From assembly GCA_035625915.1 (NCBI GenBank), contig DASPOR010000122.1, positions 1 to 61,505 of the forward strand: DNA of 61,505 nucleotides, in the 5' to 3' direction. The DNA comes from Alphaproteobacteria bacterium. GTDB taxonomy: Bacteria; Pseudomonadota; Alphaproteobacteria; JACZXZ01. Below, piece by piece: positions 39,414 to 49,365 of this stretch. Each line of letters opens with the position of its first letter. Within the stretch, counting starts at the first letter, position 1. Position numbers and translations under genes: made by a program. The notes beneath the pieces were generated by a model. That model worked only from the letters and a program-made list of their open reading frames with translations. It searched no databases and had not been told where the DNA came from.

Positions 39414-40061
39414 TCAAAGCCGCTTCGCGGTGGCGATGAAGGCGCGAATGCGCGCGGGGTCCTTGTGGCCGGGACTGATTTCCACGCCGGACGAAACGTC
39501 GATGACCGTTGCACCGGTGATTCTTACCGCCTCTTCGAGATTTTCCTCGCGGAGGCCACCCGACAGCATCCATGGTTTCGGCCATTTCCTTCCGGCAAGC
39601 AGCTCCCAGTCGAAGCGCAGCGCATTGCCGCCTGGAAGCGCGCTCGTCATGGCTTTGGGCGGTTTCGCATCGAAGAGGAGCCAATCGGCGACAGCGGCAT
39701 AACGCTCGCCCTGCGTCAGATCCTCGGCGGCGGCGATCTTGATGGCTTTCATGATCGGCAGGTCGAAGCGGGCCTTGAGCGCCACCACGTCATCCGGCGA
39801 CTCGTCCCCATGAAGCTGCAGCATGTCGAGCCGCACCTTGCTCAGCACATCCTCGATGGCACCCTCGCCCGCGTCGACGAAGAGGCCGACGCGCTCGATA
39901 CCCGCCGGCAATACCGAAACGATGTCGGCCGCCTGACGCGGCTTCACGAAGCGGGGCGAAGGCGGATAGAAGACGAGCCCGACGAAGGCCGCACCGCCTT
40001 CCGCCGCCGCCTTCGCCGCAACGCGATCGTTGACGCCGCAAATCTTGACCGCAATCGTCAT
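39414..40061 (-). CDS. trpF: N-(5'-phosphoribosyl)anthranilate isomerase
   Basis: VKICGV, GLVFYPPSPR, LQLHGDESP, LFDAKPP, GGNALRFDW, SGGL, DVSSGVE. Confidence 0.96.
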   Translation of the reverse strand: MTIAVKICGVNDRVAAKAAAEGGAAFVGLVFYPPSPRFVKPRQAADIVSVLPAGIERVGLFVDAGEGAIEDVLSKVRLDMLQLHGDESPDDVVALKARFDLPIMKAIKIAAAEDLTQGERYAAVADWLLFDAKPPKAMTSALPGGNALRFDWELLAGRKWPKPWMLSGGLREENLEEAVRITGATVIDVSSGVEISPGHKDPARIRAFIATAKRL

Positions 40062-40212
40062 CTCGACACCGGAAACCCATCCTTCGACGAAGCAGAGCGC
40101 GCAAAGGTTCGATCCAAAACGGTCATGATTCCGTCATGCGTTTCGCCATTGCGCGGCCTCTATAGCAGATCGCTGCGGCAGGAAGCCACAGCCGAGCCTG
40201 CCGGGATCGGGT

Positions 40213-40358
40213 GCTCAGCCGCTCGGTCACCAGCGCCGCCGCCGCGAGGTACTCGAACACCGCGCCGACGAATTGAAGAAGGTATTGCCGTTATCGCTCA
40301 ACCGAACGAGCAGCCGCGCTTGGTCGAGGACCGCCTCGACGGCGGCGACCATGCGCAT
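40213..40358 (-). pseudogene. Remnant of an ornithine cyclodeaminase/mu-crystallin family gene
   Basis: ATG at 40358 gives MRMVAAVEAVLD...RLSDNGNTFFNS; a 1-nt frame change continues (V)GAVFEYLAAAALVTERL, resembling the family C-terminus R.S.DEITLFKSVG.ALEDLAAA.LV.ER. Confidence 0.6.
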
Positions 40359-40383
40359 TGTCGTGTCTTCTTTTTGAATTCGT

Positions 40384-40734
40384 TCAGCTCGCGTATGGCA
40401 AGCGCGGCGGCTCGGCGGCTGCCGGTGAGCTAGGAGCCTTCGGCCCGGCGGCCAAGGCTTGTTTGCGCGCCTCGGCGAGATCGCTTTTTGCGCGTTCACA
40501 CTCGCGCTCGGCCGCCCGGGCCCGGCGGCGCCATTTTCGGGCGCCAAGCCAAGCCGCAATGCCGCCGAGGACGAAGCCGACGATGAGGCTGAGCAGCAAC
40601 GCCGCATAGAGCGGCGCCTCGATCAGATACGGCAGCGGCTCAATCCGCAACGGGACGGTCGTACGGTTCGACACGGCAAAGAGAATGAGAAGCACGGCGA
40701 CGAAGACGCCGCCGATCCAACGGATCAGCCTCAT
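40384..40734 (-). CDS. LapA/DUF1049 family membrane protein
   Basis: Two TM segments, FAVSNR..V.L...PLPY...PLY, coiled-coil tail; follows ihfB. Confidence 0.88.
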   Translation of the reverse strand: MRLIRWIGGVFVAVLLILFAVSNRTTVPLRIEPLPYLIEAPLYAALLLSLIVGFVLGGIAAWLGARKWRRRARAAERECERAKSDLAEARKQALAAGPKAPSSPAAAEPPRLPYAS

Positions 40735-40782
40735 GAACCCCACCTCGGCGGGCCGGAAAAACGATGCGGTGCGACGGCGGGC

Positions 40783-41073
40783 TTACTTCTTTCCATTGAG
40801 CCGCTCGCGCAGCTCCTTGCCGGTCTTGAAGAAGGGAATGTGTTTTTCGCTCACTGCGACGGCAGCGCCCGTGCGCGGATTGCGTCCGAGGCGCGAGCCG
40901 CGCCTTTTGATCGAAAACGCGCCGAATCCACGCAACTCGACCCGATCGCCGCGCGAGAGTGCGGCCGAGATCTCGTCGAAGATCGTGGAAACGATCCGCT
41001 CGACGTCTCGCTGATAAAGATGCGGGTTCCGCTCGGCGATGCGCAGAATCAGCTCGGACTTGGTCATCGACAT
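40783..41073 (-). CDS. ihfB: Integration host factor beta subunit
   Basis: [39 protein letters not shown]. Confidence 0.97.
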   Translation of the reverse strand: MSMTKSELILRIAERNPHLYQRDVERIVSTIFDEISAALSRGDRVELRGFGAFSIKRRGSRLGRNPRTGAAVAVSEKHIPFFKTGKELRERLNGKK

Positions 41074-41248
41074 CGACCCCCCTTCCCGGGCTCCCCAGTT
41101 TCTTTAATGGTGTGCCGGGTTTCACGGAAGCCTGCCAGAGCGGAAGGCGGCCGTCAAGGATAAGTCACTCAGATAACGTGCTTTTTCCGTCCCCATTTGA
41201 CCCCGGTCGAGAGTGCGGTGCGCGCTGTGGGGTACGCTGGATAATTGC

Positions 41249-41288
41249 CAAAAAAAACGGGCGCGCCACCTGAGGGCCGGCGCACCCG
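41249..41288 (-). terminator. Intrinsic terminator after rpsA
   Basis: GC-rich stem CGGGCGCGCC...GGCGCACCCG next to an A8 run (U-tract on the minus strand). Confidence 0.7.
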
Positions 41289-41315
41289 CGATTCAACGCC
41301 AAGGATGTCGGCGAC

Positions 41316-43076
41316 TTACTTCTCCTCGCCACTCTCCGAGCCGTTTGCGCTTTCATCCTCGCTTTCGGCCTTGGCCTTCTTGGCCTTGCTCGCACGGGTG
41401 AGGGCGGCACCGAGAATGTCGCCGAGCGATGCACCGCTGTCGGATGAACCGAACTGCGCCATCGCCTGCTTGTCCTCCTCGATCTCCCGCGATTTGATCG
41501 AGAGCGAGTAGCGACGGGTGGAACGATCGACGCTGATTACCTTTGCATCCACCTTCTCGCCAACCGCGAATCGATCGGGGCGCTGATCGACACGGTCGCG
41601 CGACAGCTCGGCCTTGCGGATGAAGCCGGTGGCGCCATCCGCAACCGTGACTTCGATGCCGTTGTCGAGGACCTTGGTGACGGTGCAGGTGACCACGTCG
41701 CCTTTCTTGATCGAGGTCGCCGTGCGCTCGAAAGGATCGTCGGTGAGCTGCTTGATGCCGAGGGAAATACGCTCCTTTTCCACGTCGACGTCGAGGACTT
41801 TGATCTTCGTATTGTCGCCCTTCTTGTAATCCTTGATGGCTTCTTCGCCAGGGCGGTCCCAGGCAAGATCGGAAAGGTGCACCATGCCGTCGATGTCGCC
41901 GGGCAGGCCGACGAATAGGCCGAACTCGGTGATGTTCTTGATCTCACCCTCGAGCTCGGTGCCGATCGGAAACTTCTCGACAAAGCCCGCCCAAGGATTC
42001 TCCATGCACTGCTTGAGGCCGAGCGAAATGCGGCGCTTCTGCGGATCGACATCGAGCACCATCACCTCGACCTCTTGGCTCGTCGAGACGATCTTGCCGG
42101 GATGCACGTTCTTTTTCGTCCAGCTCATTTCGGAGACGTGAACGAGTCCTTCGATCCCTGCCTCGAGTTCCACGAAGGCGCCGTAATCGGCGATGTTGGT
42201 GACGCGGCCCTTGAACTTGGCTCCGACCGGATACTTGGCGGCCACCCCTTCCCACGGGTCCGCCTCGAGCTGCTTCATGCCGAGGGAGATGCGCTGGGTC
42301 TCCGAATTGAAGCGGATCACCTGCACATCGACCGTCTGGCCGATGTGAAGCGCTTCGGAGGGATGGTTGATGCGACGCCATGCGATGTCGGTCACGTGGA
42401 GCAGGCCGTCGACGCCGCCGAGATCCACGAAGGCGCCGTAGTCGGTGATGTTCTTTACGACTCCCTTCAGAACCTGGCCTTCCTTGAGATTGGCGACAAG
42501 CTCGGTCCGCGCCTCAGCCCGAGTCTCCTCGAGGACAGCTCTCCGCGAGACGACGATGTTGCCGCGCTGGCGGTCCATCTTCAGGATCTGGAAGGGCTGG
42601 GGTTGGCCCATGAGCGGCGAGACGTCGCGCACCGGGCGGATATCCACCTGGCTTCCGGGTAGAAAGGCAACCGCACCGTTCAGGTCGACCGTGAAGCCAC
42701 CCTTCACGCGGCCGAAGATAACGCCGTTGACGCGTTGATTTTCCTTGAAGGCTTTCTCGAGTGCGGTCCAGGACTCCTCGCGCCGCGCCTTCTCTCGGCT
42801 CAGGACCGCTTCGCCGTTCTTGTCCTCGATACGCTCGACATAAACGTCGATCGTGTCGCCCGGCTGCACCTTGGCGCCTGGGCCATGGCCGAATTCCTTG
42901 AGCGGGATGCGGCCCTCTGCCTTGAGACCGACATCGATGATTGCGTAATCGCCCTCTACCCCGACCACCCGTCCCTTCACGACGGCGTGTTCGAATGATT
43001 CGGTTGTGCGAAGGCTCTCCTCAAGAAGGGATGAAAAATTTTCCTCGCTTTGGGCGAGGGCAGTGGCTTCAGACAT
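41316..43076 (-). CDS. rpsA: 30S ribosomal protein S1
   Basis: Six S1 repeats (KNITDYGAFVDLGGVDGLLHVTDIAW, etc.); GGAG RBS. Confidence 0.98.
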   Translation of the reverse strand: MSEATALAQSEENFSSLLEESLRTTESFEHAVVKGRVVGVEGDYAIIDVGLKAEGRIPLKEFGHGPGAKVQPGDTIDVYVERIEDKNGEAVLSREKARREESWTALEKAFKENQRVNGVIFGRVKGGFTVDLNGAVAFLPGSQVDIRPVRDVSPLMGQPQPFQILKMDRQRGNIVVSRRAVLEETRAEARTELVANLKEGQVLKGVVKNITDYGAFVDLGGVDGLLHVTDIAWRRINHPSEALHIGQTVDVQVIRFNSETQRISLGMKQLEADPWEGVAAKYPVGAKFKGRVTNIADYGAFVELEAGIEGLVHVSEMSWTKKNVHPGKIVSTSQEVEVMVLDVDPQKRRISLGLKQCMENPWAGFVEKFPIGTELEGEIKNITEFGLFVGLPGDIDGMVHLSDLAWDRPGEEAIKDYKKGDNTKIKVLDVDVEKERISLGIKQLTDDPFERTATSIKKGDVVTCTVTKVLDNGIEVTVADGATGFIRKAELSRDRVDQRPDRFAVGEKVDAKVISVDRSTRRYSLSIKSREIEEDKQAMAQFGSSDSGASLGDILGAALTRASKAKKAKAESEDESANGSESGEEK

Positions 43077-43080
43077 CGAT

Positions 43081-43140
43081 AACTCCAATCGTTTGTCGTT
43101 TCCGGCCAGCCGGTTGAATCCGGTGGTCTTTGCCCAGTTG
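43081..43140 (-). promoter_or_regulatory. Structured rpsA leader
   Basis: GCAAAGACCACCGGATTCAACCGGCTGGCCGG...AAACGATTGGAG with a CCGG/CCGG hairpin; resembles rpsA leaders I recall from other alphaproteobacteria (not verified). Confidence 0.4.
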
Positions 43141-43219
43141 CGATATGCGCTTCAGAGCCCTTCCTACAAGCGGGCCCCGGCACCGATGTCCTCGAGGGAT
43201 GCTGACCATGCCATCTCGG

Positions 43220-43879
43220 TCAGGTGAGCCGGCTGCCGATCCTGGTCAGGATGAGGTTGACCGCTACGTCGAAAGCCTGATCCGCGTCGAGCGCACTCGT
43301 ATCCAGCACGTAAGCATCGGGTGCTGGCTTGAGCGGGGCGGCCGCGCGCGCAGAATCCCGCGCATCGCGCTCCTTCAGGTCCTCAAGGACGCGCGCATAT
43401 ATAATGGTTTCGCCCCGCGCGATCAACTCTTTATGCCGCCGCTCGGCGCGCACTTCGGGACTTGCGGTTACGAAAATCTTAACGTCCGCGCTCGGGCAAA
43501 TGATCGTTCCAATATCCCGCCCGTCCAACACCGCCCCCTTTTTCCGCCCCGGTGGGTGGTGAGCAAAGCGGCGTTGCAGGCCGAGAAGGGCGGCACGGAC
43601 CTCGGCGAGGGCGGCAACCTGGGAGGCTGCTTTGCTTACCTCATCGCTTCTGAGGGCTTCCGCCAGGGCTGGGTCCTCGAGATCGCTCAGCGCGAGTTCG
43701 CGGGCTGCCGCCGTGGCTGTTTCGACGATGGCAGGGTTACCACCCTTGGCCAGCACTTTGTGCCCGACCGCGCGATAGAGAAGGCCCGTATCGAGAAAGG
43801 CCAAGTCGAAGCGGTTCGCAATGCGCCGGGCCAGGGTCCCTTTGCCCGACGCCGCCGGTCCGTCAACCGCGACGATCAT
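43220..43879 (-). CDS. cmk: Cytidylate kinase
   Basis: [38 protein letters not shown]. Confidence 0.97.
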   Translation of the reverse strand: MIVAVDGPAASGKGTLARRIANRFDLAFLDTGLLYRAVGHKVLAKGGNPAIVETATAAARELALSDLEDPALAEALRSDEVSKAASQVAALAEVRAALLGLQRRFAHHPPGRKKGAVLDGRDIGTIICPSADVKIFVTASPEVRAERRHKELIARGETIIYARVLEDLKERDARDSARAAAPLKPAPDAYVLDTSALDADQAFDVAVNLILTRIGSRLT

Positions 43880-45228
43880 GACGCCTCGATCTGCGAGATG
43901 GCTGCGCCAAGCCCGTTCATGAGATCGACGAACCCCGGAAAGCTCGTGTCGATCATCCTACCGTCGTCGACCGCGATCGGGGCTTTGGCGGCGAGGCCGA
44001 GCACCAGAAATGCCATCGCGATACGATGATCCATATGGGTTGCAACGCTGCCGCCGCCAGGAACGGGGCCGGCGCAGCCGTGGACGATCAGGCTTTCGCC
44101 TTGGATTTCCACCTTGACGCCGTTTGCGACAAGGCCGGCGGCAATCGCGGCAAGCCTGTCGCTTTCCTTGACGCGCAGCTCCCCGAGGCCATCGAAGCGC
44201 GAAACGCCGTGGGCCACGGCTGCCGCAACGGCAAGGATCGGGTATTCGTCGATCATGGACGGTGCGCGAGCTGCGGGAACGTGCACGGCCTTGAGCTTGT
44301 TCGCATTGACGACGACAATGTCGGCAGTGGGCTCACCCGCCTCCTCGCGGAGAGGGTCGACACGAAAGGCCGCACCCATTTCGGAAAGACTGGCGAGCAG
44401 GCCCGCGCGGAGGGTATTCACCCCCACCCCTTTCAAAACCACATCCGAGCCCGGAACCAAAAGTGCCGCTACCAATGGAAATGCCGCCGACGAAATGTCG
44501 GCGGGAACCTTTACCACCTGCGGCCTAAGCTCGGGCTGTCCGGTAAGCTGGATCGCGCGGGAGCCGTCGTCGCGCTCCCCGACCTCGATATTGGCGCCGA
44601 AGGCGCGGAGCATCCGTTCGGTATGGTCGCGCGTCGCCTGCTGTTCGATCACGGTGGTCGTTCCCGGTGCATTGAGCCCCGCAAGCAGGATCGCGGATTT
44701 CACCTGCGCCGAAGGCACGGGCACGCGATAGGTGATCGGTAGCGGCTCCGTCGTGCCGATCACGGCGAGCGGCATTCGCACGCCCGTGCGCGCGGCGACG
44801 CGTGCGCCCATGCGCTCCAGCGGCTCGCCGACCCGGCCCATCGGCCTCCGGCAAAGCGAGGCGTCGCCTGTAAAGAACGTCACGAACGGATGGCTCGCAA
44901 CGACACCCATGAGAAGCCGTGCCGCTGTGCCGGAGTTGCCCATGTCCAGCACGCGCGAAGCCTCACCGAGGCCCCCGACCCCGACGCCGTTGACGTGCCA
45001 GGAGACTTCCTCATCGTTGCGGGAAATTTCGGCGCCGAGGGCGCGGAGGGCTTCCGCCGTGTGAAGCACGTCATCGCCCTCGAGCAAGCCGTGCACCACG
45101 GTTTTGCCGACGGTCGACGCACCGATAATCAGGGCGCGATGCGAAATCGATTTATCGCCCGGCAATGAGGGCGAACCTTTGAGTGGTGCTTTGGCGTCAG
45201 CAATCGGCTTCGAGATGAGCGATCTCAC
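43876..45228 (-). CDS. aroA: 3-phosphoshikimate 1-carboxyvinyltransferase
   Basis: [50 protein letters not shown]; GTG start after AAAGAGG. Confidence 0.97.
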   Translation of the reverse strand: MRSLISKPIADAKAPLKGSPSLPGDKSISHRALIIGASTVGKTVVHGLLEGDDVLHTAEALRALGAEISRNDEEVSWHVNGVGVGGLGEASRVLDMGNSGTAARLLMGVVASHPFVTFFTGDASLCRRPMGRVGEPLERMGARVAARTGVRMPLAVIGTTEPLPITYRVPVPSAQVKSAILLAGLNAPGTTTVIEQQATRDHTERMLRAFGANIEVGERDDGSRAIQLTGQPELRPQVVKVPADISSAAFPLVAALLVPGSDVVLKGVGVNTLRAGLLASLSEMGAAFRVDPLREEAGEPTADIVVVNANKLKAVHVPAARAPSMIDEYPILAVAAAVAHGVSRFDGLGELRVKESDRLAAIAAGLVANGVKVEIQGESLIVHGCAGPVPGGGSVATHMDHRIAMAFLVLGLAAKAPIAVDDGRMIDTSFPGFVDLMNGLGAAISQIEAS

Positions 45229-45473
45229 GTGTCCTCTTTCGCAATTTCCAGTCGATGCACTGCACTTAAGCTTCCTGAGGCAGTCCGTAGCATAAACGAC
45301 GGGAATCGGCAAAGTACGGGCGCCTTGGTCGGTCGCGATGACCGGACCGGCCCGCACCGCCTCAAAGAAGGGGGGTCAGCCGCGGTCGCCGAACCGGCCT
45401 CCTTTTCCTTTTGACAGGGCTTTTGGAAAGTGGCATTGGCACCCCTTTGCTGACCACATGCAGGAGATTGCCG

Positions 45474-45812
45474 GTGTCGAAACCGGAATGGGGAACCAAG
45501 CGGAATTGCCAAAGCTGCGGCGCGCGGTTTTACGACATGCGACGCAGCCCGATCGAATGTCCGAAATGCGGCACAATATTCGATCCCGAAACCCTCGTGA
45601 AGGCGCGCCGGCCGCGGGCGGTCGCGGCACCCGTTGTCGTGGCCCCGATCCCGGCCGCCGAGCCCGAACTCGCCGAGGAAGGCGAGGCGGGCACGCCGGT
45701 CCCGGAAGGCGAGGAAGAGGAAGTCATCGAGGATGCGTCGGAACTTGGGGAGGACGAGGACGACGTCGCCGAAGTGATCGAAAACGTCGAGGAGGAGGAG
45801 GGCGAGCGGTAA
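45474..45812 (+). CDS. TIGR02300 (FYDLN_acid) zinc-ribbon protein with acidic tail
   Basis: KPEWGTKRNCQSCGARFYDM...CPKCG, very acidic C-terminus; AGGAG RBS with GTG start. Confidence 0.92.
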   Translation: MSKPEWGTKRNCQSCGARFYDMRRSPIECPKCGTIFDPETLVKARRPRAVAAPVVVAPIPAAEPELAEEGEAGTPVPEGEEEEVIEDASELGEDEDDVAEVIENVEEEEGER

Positions 45813-45988
45813 GCGCGCTCCCTGGCTCGGCGCCACTCGGAGGTCGGGAGATCGGGACTAGCCGCCGAGGGCTCGGCATGCTGGTCGAGCGAAGTTTTTT
45901 CTTGCGCGGGCTCGCCGCGGCCACATATTTTCCCCGCTTCGCACGCCGGGCGACGGATTGGGCGCGATTCGAAGAGACGGATTCAGAC

Positions 45989-46064
<76 letters not shown>

Positions 46065-46223
46065 ATCTCCGGTGGGTCAGGAACCTGACGCGCGTCACTT
46101 TGGCGCACGGCGCAGACGCGTCGCACACCCGGGTCGGTTCCGATTGATCTCACACATCGATCTTGCTTGAACGGGGCGAGCCAAGCTTCGTGGCGGCGAC
46201 AAGGGCCTTTTGGGCGGCCCTGC

Positions 46224-46445
46224 TCAGCGTGTACGGCCAGATTTGCGCGGCGAGCGCTTGATCTCGTAGGTCACCGTGTGGGAGCGGCCTCGGGTAAGAC
46301 TCTGATGGATTTGGCCTGCGCCAGCACTATGAGCGCGCGGCGATGGATTGCGCCAAGTCTGGCTCAGTCGCTCTGCCGCGGCCGCAATTTCCTCGTCCGT
46401 CGGCATTCGCTCGTGCGTGTCGCTGGGGTTCTCTTTTTTGCGCAT
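46224..46445 (-). CDS. Small protein with an IF2-associated-like motif
   Basis: ~73-aa ORF containing GQIHQSLTRGRSHTVTYEIKR; a GGGCC/GGCCC hairpin follows its stop; RBS is weak. Confidence 0.55.
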   Translation of the reverse strand: MRKKENPSDTHERMPTDEEIAAAAERLSQTWRNPSPRAHSAGAGQIHQSLTRGRSHTVTYEIKRSPRKSGRTR

Positions 46446-46822
46446 CAATTCGCCGTTGCTCGGGTTTGCATGGGGGTGCCGGTCATCCTGTCGGGGAAGA
46501 AAGCGCCGTGGAGGTCGTTCCTTCGATTGCAGGGGCGTCCGGGTATCTGCGGCTCATTCAAATCTTGCGTCCGAGCGGCTAAGGGCGCCTACCGAACGTC
46601 CATTGCCGCGGCACAGGATGGCGGTCAATTCCCGTGTCGATCTTCGATTGTGCGCGGCGATACTTAATAAATGGTTGCTTCATGAATCGTCACCTTTGAA
46701 AAACGCTTGCGTCCGGTCGAGCTATTCAGCGCGGATTTGGCGCTCGACGCGCAGAGGTGGGTGCATACGACTTGCTGTATCCAGGCCGCCCCTGGCAGGA
46801 CCATCCGCCCGATCCTGAACGA

Positions 46823-47323
46823 TTATGCTTCGGGGTATTCGATCGAGGTGATTTCGAGCGTGGTGTCCCCCGCGGGCCTTCGCCAGGTCACGGTGTCGCC
46901 CACCCGCTGTCCGAGAAGTGCCCCTGCAAGCGGCGATTTCACATTGATGAGTCCCCGCACTGGATCGGCCTCCGTCTCACCGACCAGCGTGTAGGTATGC
47001 GACTTGCCGTCCTCGTCTTCGACGGTGACGCGTGCGCCGAATGCAATCGTATCCGGATGCTGCGCGGGATCGATCACGACCGCAGCCGCTCGCTGCTGCT
47101 CCAGAATGCGTAATTCGCGCATCGCGCGCGCATAGGCAAGCCTTTCGTCGGGCGAGGTCGCGTCGCGCAGTCGCGCTACGTTCGCATGCGCCTCCGCGAG
47201 CCGCGTCTCGAGTCGCGCGAGCCCAGCCGGCGACAAAAGGACAGGCCCCTCGATCGACGGCAGATTGAGCTGTTCGTCGGTGAGGCGATCCTCATCGGGC
47301 TCTTTCGTAAACGCGCGACTCAC
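46823..47323 (-). CDS. GreA/GreB family paralog (short coiled coil)
   Basis: MSRAFTKE N-terminus; C-domain IAFGARVTV...YTLVGETEADP..G.I...SPLA.ALLG..VGD. Confidence 0.9.
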   Translation of the reverse strand: MSRAFTKEPDEDRLTDEQLNLPSIEGPVLLSPAGLARLETRLAEAHANVARLRDATSPDERLAYARAMRELRILEQQRAAAVVIDPAQHPDTIAFGARVTVEDEDGKSHTYTLVGETEADPVRGLINVKSPLAGALLGQRVGDTVTWRRPAGDTTLEITSIEYPEA

Positions 47324-47616
47324 AACATCCTCCTTCCCCGGGGGAAATTGCCCCGGGGCCGTCCCCTAGCTTCCACCCGCGCCCATTCCCCCGTCAATGC
47401 GCGTCTTGGCATTGACTGCCGCACCACTCGCAGTCAACTGCAGCACGACCATGCATTGCCTGTGCCGCATTCGATCGAATTCATGTTGCGAGGGTGCATC
47501 AGCCTACCATAAAGATTGCAAGCGCCGTGAATTCAATCAAAATGCCTCGGCAAGACACGTGAAGCGAGCAACGGCACTGAGTTTATCGCGCCGAGTGACG
47601 TGGGAGGGCTTCGATC

Positions 47617-49365
47617 GTGACGGAAAGAAGCAAGCCAGGGCACGACAATATTGGGCCAACCGTGGCCGAGGCCTATCTGCGGCATCTCGGCGAGAGGGGC
47701 ATCGAATACATTCTCGCGAACGCGGGGACCGATTTTCCACCGATCATCGAGGCGCTGACCCGTGCTGCCGAGGAGGCCACGCCTACGCCGAAGGCTTTGG
47801 CAATACCTCACGAGAATCTGGCGATTGCAATGGCTCATGGCCATACGATGGTGTCGGGCCGGCCACAAACCGTGATGCTGCACGTGAACGTCGGCACGGC
47901 GAATGCGATCTGCGGCCTCCTCAACGCGGCACGAGAACGGATTCCAATGATGGTCGCGACCGGCCGCACACCCTTCACGGATGCCGGCCACGAAGGTTCG
48001 CGCAGCCTCTATATCCATTGGGGGCAGGAGATGTTCGATCAGGCGGCCATGCTGCGCGAGATCGTCAAGTGGGACTATGAACTGAAGCTGCCCGATCAGG
48101 TGGGCCAAGCCGTCGAACGCGCCTTCGCTCTCGCCGAGAGCGAGCCCAAGGGTCCCGTTTATCTGACGCTGCCGCGCGAAACGCTCGCCGCACACTTACC
48201 GGCGGACTACGGTAAAGCGCATCGCGCCCAAGCGTCGGCGCGGCCCGCCGCACCCGAAAAAGATGCAATCGCGGAGGCCGCAACCTTGCTTGCAAAGGCG
48301 GAGCGGCCGGTCATCATCACGTCGAGCGTTGGGCGCGACTTTGGCGCGGTACGGGCACTTGAGTCCATCGCCGAGCGGTTTGCGCTGCCGGTCGTGTGCC
48401 ATATACCGAAGACCTATTGCCTGTCGACGGCGCACAAGATGCATTTCGGCTTCGATCCCGCACCCTTCCTCGCAGAGGCGGATGTCGTCATCGTCATCGA
48501 ATGTGACGTGCCTTGGGTTCCATCGCGTGCAGCACCTCGCGCCGATGCGAGGATTGTTCATATCGGCGCCGATCCGCTGTTCGGTCGATATCCGATGCGC
48601 ACATTTCCCGCAGATCTGGCGCTCACGGGCGATGCGCGCACGGCACTCGAGATGCTGGAGTCAGCCCTTGAGGTAAAGGGTGCTGTCCTCAAATCGAAAG
48701 TGGATGCGCGTCGGCCGAGATTGGCCGCAAAGCGCAAGGCGATGCGCGAGAAGATCGAAGAAGACCTGACGCGATTCTCACGCGAGACGCCGATTCATCC
48801 CGCGGCCGTAAGCCGCGCGATCGACCGCGTGCGCGGCGAGGATGGCATCCTTGTCAACGAGCTCGGTGTGCTCGTCGACTTCATGCATTTCACCAAACCC
48901 GGCACCTATTTCTCCTCGAGTTCCGCGGGTGGCTTAGGTTGGGGCCTCGGTGCAGCCCTCGGTGCCAAACTCGCATCGCCCGAACGCCTGGTGATCGCCG
49001 CGATCGGTGACGGCTCATACATGTTCGGTAATCCCACGCCGGCCCATTACATATCGCGCGCTCACGACCTGCCGATCCTCTATGTCGTGATGAACAATGC
49101 GGGCTGGGCGGCCGTGCGGAAAGCAACCGAAACGATGTATCCCGACGGCCGAAGCCTGCGCGCCAACCGCATGCCGCTTTCGACCCTCGAGCCCTCGCCT
49201 GCATTTGAAAAGGTCGTCGAGGCGTCGGGCGGCTATGGCGAACGCGTCGAAACGCTGGAGGATTTGGCGCCCGCCTTCGAACGCGCGATGCACGCCATCA
49301 AGGTCGAGAAGCGTCAAGCGCTCCTCAACGTGAACTGCGGTGTTCCCGCCGTGCGCAATTTCTAG
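47617..49365 (+). CDS. Thiamine pyrophosphate-requiring enzyme (acetolactate synthase-like superfamily, uncharacterised subfamily)
   Basis: ANAGTDFPPIIE, PHENLA, HVNVGTAN, IHWGQEMFDQ, TPP motif GDGSYMFGNP...NNAGW. Confidence 0.9.
   Translation: MTERSKPGHDNIGPTVAEAYLRHLGERGIEYILANAGTDFPPIIEALTRAAEEATPTPKALAIPHENLAIAMAHGHTMVSGRPQTVMLHVNVGTANAICGLLNAARERIPMMVATGRTPFTDAGHEGSRSLYIHWGQEMFDQAAMLREIVKWDYELKLPDQVGQAVERAFALAESEPKGPVYLTLPRETLAAHLPADYGKAHRAQASARPAAPEKDAIAEAATLLAKAERPVIITSSVGRDFGAVRALESIAERFALPVVCHIPKTYCLSTAHKMHFGFDPAPFLAEADVVIVIECDVPWVPSRAAPRADARIVHIGADPLFGRYPMRTFPADLALTGDARTALEMLESALEVKGAVLKSKVDARRPRLAAKRKAMREKIEEDLTRFSRETPIHPAAVSRAIDRVRGEDGILVNELGVLVDFMHFTKPGTYFSSSSAGGLGWGLGAALGAKLASPERLVIAAIGDGSYMFGNPTPAHYISRAHDLPILYVVMNNAGWAAVRKATETMYPDGRSLRANRMPLSTLEPSPAFEKVVEASGGYGERVETLEDLAPAFERAMHAIKVEKRQALLNVNCGVPAVRNF

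Noticed and set aside
45437-45451. sigma54 promoter before TIGR02300 (TGGCACCCCTTTGCT)
   Set aside because: GG-to-GC spacing is 9 nt rather than the strict 10; a TTGACA at 45411 suggests sigma70 instead.
46664-46678. CtrA box (TTAA-N7-TTGC)
   Set aside because: The second half-site has 2 of 4 mismatches; not supportable.
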